In this document: piece after piece, positions 8,444 to 15,805 of the stretch
Position numbering within the stretch: the first letter of the stretch is position 1
Layout of the letters: each line of letters starts with the position of its first letter
Assembly (NCBI GenBank): GCA_041661795.1
Contig: JBAZTS010000002.1
Coordinates: 102,263 to 155,971, forward strand
Source: Minisyncoccota bacterium
GTDB taxonomy: Bacteria; Patescibacteriota; Minisyncoccia; UBA6257; JAGOQP01
Length of the DNA: 53,709 nucleotides
Reading direction: 5' to 3'
Notes under the pieces: model-generated
The model's input: the letters and a program-made list of their open reading frames with translations, nothing else
Database searches by the model: none
What the model was told of the DNA's origin: nothing
Position numbers and translations under genes: made by a program

Positions 8444-10015
8444 ATGCAAAAAATAAAGAATATATTATCAAAAATTTGGCCGATATTGAAAAAGAAGAGA
8501 GTTTTTATACCACTGGCAATAGTAATTATTGTTGTTCTTATAATTTTACTTTCCGGAGGCAGTGATGTCGGGAATAATACTTTTACAGTACAAAAAGGCG
8601 AGGTGGTTTCCGAAGTTAGTGTTACGGGACAGGTCAAACCCTCAAGAAATGTTGACGTTGCTTTTGAAAGAAGCGGGAGAATCTCTTCAATCAGAGTTAA
8701 AGTCGGGGATAAAGTTTATCAAGGACAAACTTTAGTAGCTCAAGAGAATGGAGATTTCGCCGCTCAATTAGCCCAAGCTCAGGCCCAATTAAAATCTCAG
8801 CAAGCCAAATTAGAACAACTAAAGAACGGAAGCAGACCCGAAGATGTGCGGATAAAAGAAATTGAGCTTGCTAAAGCCAAAGAAGATTTAGCCGGTTACT
8901 ATAATAATTCAATTAATGTTATTAATGATGCTTTCTCAAAATCAAATGACGCTGTTATAAAACAAACGGATGATTTATTTACCGATGATAATTCCAGCTC
9001 TCCTAAACTTTCTTTTGAGCCCTCAAGTGGACAGTTTAAAAACGATTCGGAATATTACAGAAGCTTATCGGGGGGCGAACTTATTGCCTGGGCTAGCGAA
9101 CTAAATCAGGTGAAAAGCACGGGGGCATCGGAAAATATTTTGGAATTTTTAAACAAAGCCAAAACTCATACTGATATAATCAGAAAATTCTTAAACATCT
9201 TAGCCGAAACGTTAAATAAAACATCAACCATTTCTCCAACGGTTTTAACAGCTTATAGGACCAGCGTTAATACGGCCCTTACCAATGTTAATACCGCGGC
9301 TACTTCAATATCTACCCAAATTCAAACAGTTTCGGGGTATAAGCTGACAGTTCAGAAAATAGAAAATGAATTGGCTTTAGCTAAATCCGGAGCAAGACCA
9401 GAAGACATAACTTATCAGGAAGGACAGGTAGATAATGCCAAAGCTAGTGTAGATTATGCCCAGTCACAACTTGCAAAAACTGTTATCTCTTCTCCTTTTT
9501 CTGGAACCGTAACAAAAGTAGTTCCTGAAGTGGGAGATATAGTTCAACCAAACTCTATCGCAGTTTCGGTTATCGGTTCCGGGAAATATCAAATGGAGGT
9601 CAATATTACGGAGTCCGACATAACCAAAGTGAAAATTAATAATCAGGCCAAGGTGATTCTTGATGCTTACGGTTCTGCAATTATTTTTGAAGCTAAAGTT
9701 GTTGGGATAGATTTATCGGAAACCATTATAGAGGGAGTGGCTACTTATAAAACCATTCTTCAATTTAAAAATGAGGATGAAAGAATTCTTCCGGGATTAA
9801 CTGCCAACATAGATATTCTTAACGACAAGAAAGAAGATGTTTTATATGTTCCCACAAGAAATATAACCACTAAAGACGGTAATAAATTTGTGATGGTTGT
9901 AAAACCAGATGGGACAAATGAAGAAATTAAAATAGAGACCGGCCTTAGGGGTTCGGATGGGAGAACGGAAATATTAAGCGGAATCAACGAAGGAACAATT
10001 ATTTCTACTGAATAA
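8444..10015 (+). CDS. HlyD/MacA-family periplasmic adaptor (membrane fusion protein)
   Basis: N-terminal TM segment, biotinyl-lipoyl-like VKVGDKVYQGQTL, long coiled coil (AQLAQAQAQLKSQQAKLEQL), beta-barrel C-terminus. First gene of an operon with the ABC ATPase and permeases. Confidence 0.8.
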   Translation: MQKIKNILSKIWPILKKKRVFIPLAIVIIVVLIILLSGGSDVGNNTFTVQKGEVVSEVSVTGQVKPSRNVDVAFERSGRISSIRVKVGDKVYQGQTLVAQENGDFAAQLAQAQAQLKSQQAKLEQLKNGSRPEDVRIKEIELAKAKEDLAGYYNNSINVINDAFSKSNDAVIKQTDDLFTDDNSSSPKLSFEPSSGQFKNDSEYYRSLSGGELIAWASELNQVKSTGASENILEFLNKAKTHTDIIRKFLNILAETLNKTSTISPTVLTAYRTSVNTALTNVNTAATSISTQIQTVSGYKLTVQKIENELALAKSGARPEDITYQEGQVDNAKASVDYAQSQLAKTVISSPFSGTVTKVVPEVGDIVQPNSIAVSVIGSGKYQMEVNITESDITKVKINNQAKVILDAYGSAIIFEAKVVGIDLSETIIEGVATYKTILQFKNEDERILPGLTANIDILNDKKEDVLYVPTRNITTKDGNKFVMVVKPDGTNEEIKIETGLRGSDGRTEILSGINEGTIISTE

Positions 10016-10022
10016 AAACGGC

Positions 10023-10742
10023 ATGGATTTAATCAAAACTATTGGTTTAGAAAAGATTTACAGAAATGACGATGTTGAAACCAGAGCTCTGGATGGAATA
10101 GACCTGGATATTAAGGAGGGCGAATTTGTCGCAATTATGGGTCCTTCAGGTTCTGGAAAATCAACTCTGATGCAGGTTCTGGGATGTTTAGATAGACCCA
10201 CGGGAGGGAAATATTTTTTTGAAGGTAAAGAACTTGATACTTACACCGATAATGAATTGGCTAAAATCAGAAATGAAAAAATCGGGTTTGTTTTTCAGGC
10301 ATTTAATTTACTTCCACGTTTGAGCGTTTTGGAAAATGTGGCCATGCCTCTGATGTACAGGGGAACGCCAGAAAAGCAGAGGAAAGAAAAGGCCTTGGAA
10401 ATGATAAATATGGTAGGACTTTCCGACAGAGTTGATTATCACACTTCTCGTCTTTCTGGAGGACAAAAACAAAGAGTGGCTATAGCCAGGGCTTTGGTTA
10501 ATGAACCTAAGATAATATTTGCCGATGAACCGACTGGAAATTTGGATTCTAAATCTGGAGGAGTGGTTTTGGATTTTTTACAAAAATTAAACAATGAGGG
10601 ACATACAATAGTTGTGGTTACCCATGAATTATATGTGGCCCAATCGGCTAAAAGAATCCTTCATATAGTAGACGGCAAGCTGGACAGTGACAAATTGGTT
10701 GAAAAGAGAAGAGTAATAGCCGAAGAAGGATTTTTAAAATAA
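10023..10742 (+). CDS. ABC transporter ATP-binding protein (MacB/LolD type)
   Basis: Walker A GPSGSGKST, signature LSGGQKQR, Walker B IIFADEPTGNLD. Confidence 0.92.
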   Translation: MDLIKTIGLEKIYRNDDVETRALDGIDLDIKEGEFVAIMGPSGSGKSTLMQVLGCLDRPTGGKYFFEGKELDTYTDNELAKIRNEKIGFVFQAFNLLPRLSVLENVAMPLMYRGTPEKQRKEKALEMINMVGLSDRVDYHTSRLSGGQKQRVAIARALVNEPKIIFADEPTGNLDSKSGGVVLDFLQKLNNEGHTIVVVTHELYVAQSAKRILHIVDGKLDSDKLVEKRRVIAEEGFLK

Positions 10743-10745
10743 TTT

Positions 10746-10825
10746 TCAATTATCAATTCTCAATTTACAATCAATTCTTCAATGAATCATTGTTGCATTT
10801 AATGAAAATTGGAGTTTGAAAATTG
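10746..10825. repeat. Intergenic inverted word array (TCAAT words, then AATTG words)
   Basis: TCAAT at 10746, 10753, 10760, 10771 and 10779. Reverse-complement-type words CATTG/AATTG at 10788, 10807 and 10821. Confidence 0.6.
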
Positions 10826-10839
10826 TAAATTAACTTATT

Positions 10840-12084
10840 ATGTTATTAACAGATTTATTAAAAACGGCTTTTAGGGGGATATCCACTCACAAAAGTCGGA
10901 TGGTTTTGACTATTTTGGGAATCGTTATTGGAATTACCTCTATTATGGCAATTATGTCGGTTGGAAAGAGCGCCGAGCAATTAATTTTAGGAGAAATACA
11001 AAAATTGGGTTCAAATAATGTTTTTATACTCCCGGGAAAAGAACCCAAAGGCCCGACAGACGCGGCCGGAAGTTTGATTAATGATTCTATAAAACAAAAA
11101 GACATAGATGATTTATCAAAGTCCTCAAATGTTCCTGGGGCCACAAATATTATTCCCTACGCTTTTGGATCGGTGGCTTCTTCGTTTGAATCAAACATTT
11201 ATGAGGGCATGGTAATAGGCAGTACCGAATATTCCCAAAAAAACTTTGATTTAAAAATTGAAGAAGGTAGATATTATGACCAATACGACGTTGATTCCAA
11301 ATCTAGCGTGGCGGTTATCGGGACTGAAGTTAAAAAAGAGCTTTTTGGAAACGATGATTCTATAGGAAAAAGAATTAAGGTAAATAATAGGCCGTTTCAA
11401 GTTATAGGAGTTTTAAAAAAAGAAGGAGCCGGTTCATTTATAAACTTCAATCAAGCCGTTTTAGCGCCTTATACTTCCATACAACAGGATGTTTTGGGGA
11501 TAAAATATTTCCAAAGAGTCACGGTTGAAACAAAATCCATAGAAGAAATCCCGGGTGTCATAAAAGACATAGAGACACTTTTAAGAAACAATCACGATAT
11601 CAGCGATACCGAAGAAGATGATTTTTATATTCAGACGCAAGAAAATATTGCCAACAGCGTTAAGAGCGTAACGGGAATTTTAACTGTTCTTTTGTCTTCG
11701 GTGGCGGCCATATCCCTGATTGTCGGAGGAGTGGGGATTATGAATATTATGTTTGTCTCGGTTACAGAAAGAACAAGAGAAATAGGACTGCGAAAATCTT
11801 TGGGGGCAACCAATAAAAATATTTTGACTCAGTTTTTATACGAGGCCTTAATGCTCACTTTAAGCGGAGGAATTATAGGAGTGATTTTTGGATTTTTATT
11901 AAGCTGGGGACTTTCTTGGGCGGCGCAAAAATTTGCCGACATTGATTTCCCGTTGGTCTTTTCCATACAAGGTCTTATTTTGGGAGTTGTAGTTTCGGCT
12001 GGTATAGGAATCGTTTTTGGAATATTTCCTGCCCACCAGGCCTCGAAAAAAAGTCCTGTAGAAGCATTAAGAGATGAACAGTAA
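10840..12084 (+). CDS. ABC transporter permease (MacB_PCD + FtsX domains)
   Basis: N-terminal TM segment, large extracytoplasmic domain, C-terminal FtsX motif VGGVGIMNIMFVSVTERTREIGLRKSLGA. Confidence 0.9.
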   Translation: MLLTDLLKTAFRGISTHKSRMVLTILGIVIGITSIMAIMSVGKSAEQLILGEIQKLGSNNVFILPGKEPKGPTDAAGSLINDSIKQKDIDDLSKSSNVPGATNIIPYAFGSVASSFESNIYEGMVIGSTEYSQKNFDLKIEEGRYYDQYDVDSKSSVAVIGTEVKKELFGNDDSIGKRIKVNNRPFQVIGVLKKEGAGSFINFNQAVLAPYTSIQQDVLGIKYFQRVTVETKSIEEIPGVIKDIETLLRNNHDISDTEEDDFYIQTQENIANSVKSVTGILTVLLSSVAAISLIVGGVGIMNIMFVSVTERTREIGLRKSLGATNKNILTQFLYEALMLTLSGGIIGVIFGFLLSWGLSWAAQKFADIDFPLVFSIQGLILGVVVSAGIGIVFGIFPAHQASKKSPVEALRDEQ

Positions 12085-12090
12085 AGATGG

Positions 12091-12118
12091 TATACCGTAT
12101 ATCGTATACCGTATATCG
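12091..12118. repeat. Perfect tandem duplication, 2 x 14 nt (TATACCGTATATCG)
   Basis: Copies at 12091-12104 and 12105-12118, between the two permease genes. Confidence 0.85.
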
Positions 12119-12139
12119 AACAAGATATTTTAAAAAGAG

Positions 12140-13378
12140 ATGACAGTCAAAGACACAATAAAAACTTCAATATCATCTTTAAGAACCAGAAAGGGGAGGT
12201 CTATTTTGACGATCTTGGGAATAGTTATTGGTATCAGCGCTATTATGATTATTATGTCTATTGGAGGGAGCGCTCAACAGTTGATATTGAATGAAATTCA
12301 AATGTTTGGTCCGGAAAATATTTTTGTAAATCCCGGCAAGAATACGGGCGGGGCTTTTGATATATCTTCGGCGATTTTAAGCAGGTCTTTAACTAACAAA
12401 GATTTTGAGGATTTAAGCAAAAAATCAAATCTGCCGGATGCAATTTTAATAAACCCCTCAGTTAACGGTTCTGCAACTGTTTCTTACGGCTCTGAGGCAA
12501 AAACTGTTTCAATTTGGGGAACAGGAAGCGACGGTTTTGCTATATATACACTAATTCCCGAACAAGGCAGAATTTTTACACAAGAAGAAGTTAACGAAAA
12601 AGCGGCGGTTGTAGTACTGGGAAAAAAGATTGCCGAAGAATTTTTTGGCTCGCAAGATTCGATTGGAGAAAAAATAAAAATAAAGGATAAAACTTTTAGA
12701 GTTATTGGAATCTTTTCGTCAAAACTTTCTTCAATGTTTGGAGTTGAAGATTTGGTGGTTATTCCTTATACATCTGCTCAGCAATATCTAATGGGGATAA
12801 AATATTTTCAGGAAGTTGTCATAAAGGTTGGGTCAACGGAAGCGGTTCCTTCTACCGTTAGGGACATAGAACTTCTTTTGAGGGACAATCATAAAATAGA
12901 GGACTCGAACAACGATGATTTTATTATCACCACCCAAGAGGACATGATTGAAATGGTGGGAAGTATCATGGGAGCGATTACCGTTTTTCTGTCTTTAGTG
13001 GCGGCCATATCTCTAATTGTTGGAGGAGTTGGGGTTATGAATATTATGTTTGTATCAGTAACCGAAAGAACCAGAGAAATAGGACTTAGAAAAGCGTTGG
13101 GAGCAACCAATAAGAATATTTTAAGTCAGTTTCTTTTGGAATCGGTTATATTAACGGGACTTGGTGGAATTATTGGAATAATTGGAGGAGTAGTGATAAC
13201 TTTTTTAATAACGGCCGTAGCGGGAATATTTTTAGGAACCAGTTTTCCTTATTCGTTTTCTGGATTGGGAGCGATTCTTGGAATTTTGGTCTCCGGAGGA
13301 ACTGGACTTTTGTTTGGAGTTTTTCCTGCCCGCCAAGCATCTAAAAAAAGTCCGATGGAAGCTCTTCGCTACGAATAG
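12140..13378 (+). CDS. ABC transporter permease, paralog of the preceding gene
   Basis: Same architecture and the same VGGVGVMNIMFVSVTERTREIGLRKALGA motif. Confidence 0.9.
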   Translation: MTVKDTIKTSISSLRTRKGRSILTILGIVIGISAIMIIMSIGGSAQQLILNEIQMFGPENIFVNPGKNTGGAFDISSAILSRSLTNKDFEDLSKKSNLPDAILINPSVNGSATVSYGSEAKTVSIWGTGSDGFAIYTLIPEQGRIFTQEEVNEKAAVVVLGKKIAEEFFGSQDSIGEKIKIKDKTFRVIGIFSSKLSSMFGVEDLVVIPYTSAQQYLMGIKYFQEVVIKVGSTEAVPSTVRDIELLLRDNHKIEDSNNDDFIITTQEDMIEMVGSIMGAITVFLSLVAAISLIVGGVGVMNIMFVSVTERTREIGLRKALGATNKNILSQFLLESVILTGLGGIIGIIGGVVITFLITAVAGIFLGTSFPYSFSGLGAILGILVSGGTGLLFGVFPARQASKKSPMEALRYE

Positions 13379-13407
13379 CAAATGAAAATGTTATCCACAG
13401 CTCCTTG

Positions 13408-13435
13408 TTGAAGAATAATTTAATTGTTCTATAAT
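13408..13435 (+). promoter_or_regulatory. Putative promoter downstream of the ABC operon
   Basis: TTGAAG (13408-13413), 16-nt spacer, TATAAT (13430-13435). Confidence 0.4.
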
Positions 13436-13515
13436 GATAATGTACTGATAACAACTAAATGAAATAATTTTGTTGGAGTGAGGCCCACAGAATCGTTTCT
13501 TTAAGTGACAAAGAT

Positions 13516-13545
13516 TCCCCTGTAAAGGGGAGTTTTTGTTTTTCG
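13516..13545 (+). terminator. Intrinsic terminator
   Basis: TCCCCT GTAA AGGGGA, followed by GTTTTTGTTTTT. Confidence 0.6.
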
Positions 13546-13562
13546 GATAAAAGTTTAGTTAC

Positions 13563-13591
13563 TTGACTTGGTTGGTGGAAATATATAAATT
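13563..13591 (+). promoter_or_regulatory. Putative promoter of the GC-rich RNA
   Basis: TTGACT (13563-13568), 17-nt spacer, TAAATT (13586-13591). The rplC promoter candidate at 30196 has the near-identical TTGACA-17-TAAATT architecture. Confidence 0.4.
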
Positions 13592-13597
13592 AAAAAC

Positions 13598-13967
13598 AGA
13601 ACCTGAAATGGGTTGCGTTGACCCCGTCTATGACAGTCGTTATTTTGCTCACTATTGCTCAATCTTCCTCCTTCCTCGCTCGCGTCTTGACTAGAAGTCG
13701 GAAGAAAGAGTGAGAGTTGAGTGACCTTTGTCAGGGAGTTCTTCACTCCTTTTGTCAACGCGACTCGTGTTAGTACCCCGCCAGCAGGGTTGTTGGCTTC
13801 TCATGGTGGTTCATTCTTCGATCGATGGCCTCCTCAAGAGCTCCATACTCGTTTCACTTTTGTCCATCAAATCGAAAAAATGCCCCACGGGAGGGTTCTC
13901 CTCTCAAGCCAACGCCCTGCGCTACACCGAGGCGGCCGTGTTTTTACCGGCCGCCTCACCTTTTTAT
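13598..13967 (+). ncRNA. Unclassified structured RNA candidate (about 370 nt, GC-rich)
   Basis: One line hand-counts at 33/60 G+C, in a genome of roughly 25-35% G+C. Long-range helices 13614-13622/13754-13762 (9 bp) and 13792-13799/13906-13913 (8 bp, plus GGG/CCC). Several hairpins have G-U pairs only on the plus strand. Ends in a 10-bp GC hairpin (13929-13957) followed by a T-run. All three plus frames are open here, as expected for non-coding GC-rich sequence. Confidence 0.55.
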
Positions 13968-14015
13968 GTGGGGTTTGAAACAACCGTGTAAAAGTTGTAT
14001 CCTTTTAATATTAAA

Positions 14016-14513
14016 ATGACTAAAAAACATCTTTTTATAATACTCTCTATATTAGCTTTCTTAGTTATTTTTTCATTTGTTTATTACAAAATAAACAGCG
14101 TTGTTGATGAAGACAATGTTATAGAAACCACGGAGGTAAATGTTTATTTTTCAAACTCAATTTTAGACCCAGAAGTTTCTTGTTCTAAAGTTTTCCCCGT
14201 CAAAAGAAAAGTTGTTAAAACCGAAGCCATAGGAAAGGCAACTCTAACAGAACTTTTCAAAGGGCCAAGTGATGAAGAAAAATCGAAAGGATATTTTTCC
14301 AGTATCAATCCGGGAGTAGTTGTTCAGTCGCTTTCTATAGCAGATGGAATAGCTAGGGCTGATTTTAATCAAGCTTTGGAATTTCAAGTAGGTGGTTCTT
14401 GCAGAGTTTCTGCCATAAGATGGGAGATTACAGAGACATTAAAACAATTTCCGACTATCAAAGACGTTGTTATTTCCATAGACGGCCGTACAGAAGACAT
14501 TCTTCAACCGTAA
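14016..14513 (+). CDS. GerMN-like domain lipo/membrane protein
   Basis: N-terminal TM segment, then VYFSN...CSKVFPVKR...ATLTELFKGPSDEEKSKGYFSSI, typical of GerMN/Gmad2-type domains. I prefer the ATG at 14016 over the TTG at 13995. Confidence 0.55.
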   Translation: MTKKHLFIILSILAFLVIFSFVYYKINSVVDEDNVIETTEVNVYFSNSILDPEVSCSKVFPVKRKVVKTEAIGKATLTELFKGPSDEEKSKGYFSSINPGVVVQSLSIADGIARADFNQALEFQVGGSCRVSAIRWEITETLKQFPTIKDVVISIDGRTEDILQP

Positions 14514-15701
14514 ATGAAGATTTTAAACATTTTAAGAAAGTATAAAAAGAATTTAATCGGAGAACAGGAAGGAAATCTTCTTGAAATTAGAATAGACGGG
14601 AATAAACTGATTAATAATTTGTCTATATTCAGAAAACTTTTTCCGCATCATCATCTGGCGGTTGTTTTAAAAAGCAATGCTTATGGACACGGATTGGTTG
14701 AAATGGGAAGATTTTTGGATGTCAGGAAAGAAGTGGCGTATTTTATAGTTGACAGCATATTGGAGGCAAAAATCTTAAGAGAGTACTGGATATCAAAGCC
14801 AATAATTATAATCGGATATGTTTCTAAAAAAGCGGTTTATTTATTAAAAAAAATAAAAGATTGTTCTTTGGTGGTTAATTCTTTGGAACAGGCAAAATTT
14901 TTATCTGAAAATATTAATTTTTCCTTAGTTGTTCATGTAAAAGCCGACACAGGAATGCATCGTCAAGGAATTGAGATTGAAGATATTGATAAAGCCATAG
15001 AATTTTTGGAAAAAAATAAAAAAATAAGAATAGAAGGTCTAATGTCTCATTTGGCCGATGCCGATGGAATAAGTCAGGAGCCGACATTAAAACAAATTGA
15101 ATTATGGAAGAAAGCGGTAAAAATATTTAAAAATAAAATTCCATCGGGCCTCCTTCATTTTTCTGCTACTGCTGGAAGCCAATATACAAGCCATGGAGAA
15201 AGCAATTTAATCAGAGTTGGAATAGGAGCGTATGGTTTTGACCCTACATCGCAAAAAAAATTGGGGGTAGACCCCCACACTAATCCGATTAGTGTGGGGG
15301 TAGAGCCAATCCTTTCTTTTTGGGCTAAAACGATTAATATAAAAAATATAAAAGAAGGTGAAAGTGTTGGATATAATTTTACTTGGAAAGCAGAAAAAGA
15401 AACTTGTTTAGCTACTATCCCTTGCGGATATTATGAGGGTATTCCAAGGATTTTAAGCAACCAAGGAGTGTTATATTATGAAGATGAACCATTAAAAATA
15501 ATAGGCAGAATCAGCATGAATCTAACTGTCGTTGATGCTTCGTCTGTTAAGGATAAAATAAGAATTGAGGATAAAATAGAAATATTTTCAGATAATCAAA
15601 ACAGGGCAAATTCTATAGAAAATGTGGCTAGTATGTGTGGTACTATTCCCTATGAGATATTAGTAAAATTGGCTCCCACTATTCGAAGAGTAATAAAATA
15701 A
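14514..15701 (+). CDS. alr: Alanine racemase
   Basis: PLP-lysine motif VLKSNAYGHG, MHRQGI, SHLADAD, GESVGYN. Carries an 11-codon palindromic insertion (see the repeat feature at 15263-15304). Confidence 0.9.
   Translation: MKILNILRKYKKNLIGEQEGNLLEIRIDGNKLINNLSIFRKLFPHHHLAVVLKSNAYGHGLVEMGRFLDVRKEVAYFIVDSILEAKILREYWISKPIIIIGYVSKKAVYLLKKIKDCSLVVNSLEQAKFLSENINFSLVVHVKADTGMHRQGIEIEDIDKAIEFLEKNKKIRIEGLMSHLADADGISQEPTLKQIELWKKAVKIFKNKIPSGLLHFSATAGSQYTSHGESNLIRVGIGAYGFDPTSQKKLGVDPHTNPISVGVEPILSFWAKTINIKNIKEGESVGYNFTWKAEKETCLATIPCGYYEGIPRILSNQGVLYYEDEPLKIIGRISMNLTVVDASSVKDKIRIEDKIEIFSDNQNRANSIENVASMCGTIPYEILVKLAPTIRRVIK
15263..15304. repeat. In-frame palindromic insertion inside alr, flanked by a 9-nt direct repeat
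   Basis: GGGGGTAGA occurs at 15263-15271 and 15296-15304. A perfect 14-bp inverted repeat, CCCCCACACTAATC (15272-15285) / GATTAGTGTGGGGG (15287-15300), has a 1-nt spacer. Confidence 0.85.
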
Positions 15702-15705
15702 CAAA

Positions 15706-15802
15706 GATACCAATATACCAATGGTGCGAATGATACTAATAAATACTAAAATTTTCGCATCCATTCGTATCATTAGTAATGTTAGTATATTAGTATCATA
15801 GT
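15706..15802. repeat. About 97-bp word-array element upstream of dnaG (copy A)
   Basis: Ten hexamer words at about 9-bp spacing. Left: TACCAA x2, TGCGAA, TACTAA x2. Centre: AAAATTTT. Right: TTCGCA, TTCGTA, TTAGTA x3. Ends 3 nt before the ATG at 15806. Confidence 0.85.
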
Positions 15803-15805
15803 TTT

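Noticed and set aside
13563-13967. Identity of the GC-rich RNA as RNase P RNA, tmRNA, SRP RNA or a T-box leader.
   Set aside because: On both strands I could not find the expected motifs. RNase P: GAGGAAAGUCC / ACAGAA P4 elements in the right order. tmRNA: a GGGG...UUCGAC 5' end with a T-arm plus ACCA 3' end. SRP: the GGAA-tetraloop/AGCA helix 8 motif. T-box: the AGGGUGGUACCGCG sequence next to the terminator. This needs an Infernal scan to settle.
13721-14019. Three overlapping plus-strand ORFs (85, 87 and 64 aa) and the minus-strand ORF 13555-13758.
   Set aside because: All frames are open only because the region is GC-rich. The ORFs overlap one another, have no recognisable protein features and coincide with strong RNA-type helices. 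I treat the region as non-coding RNA.
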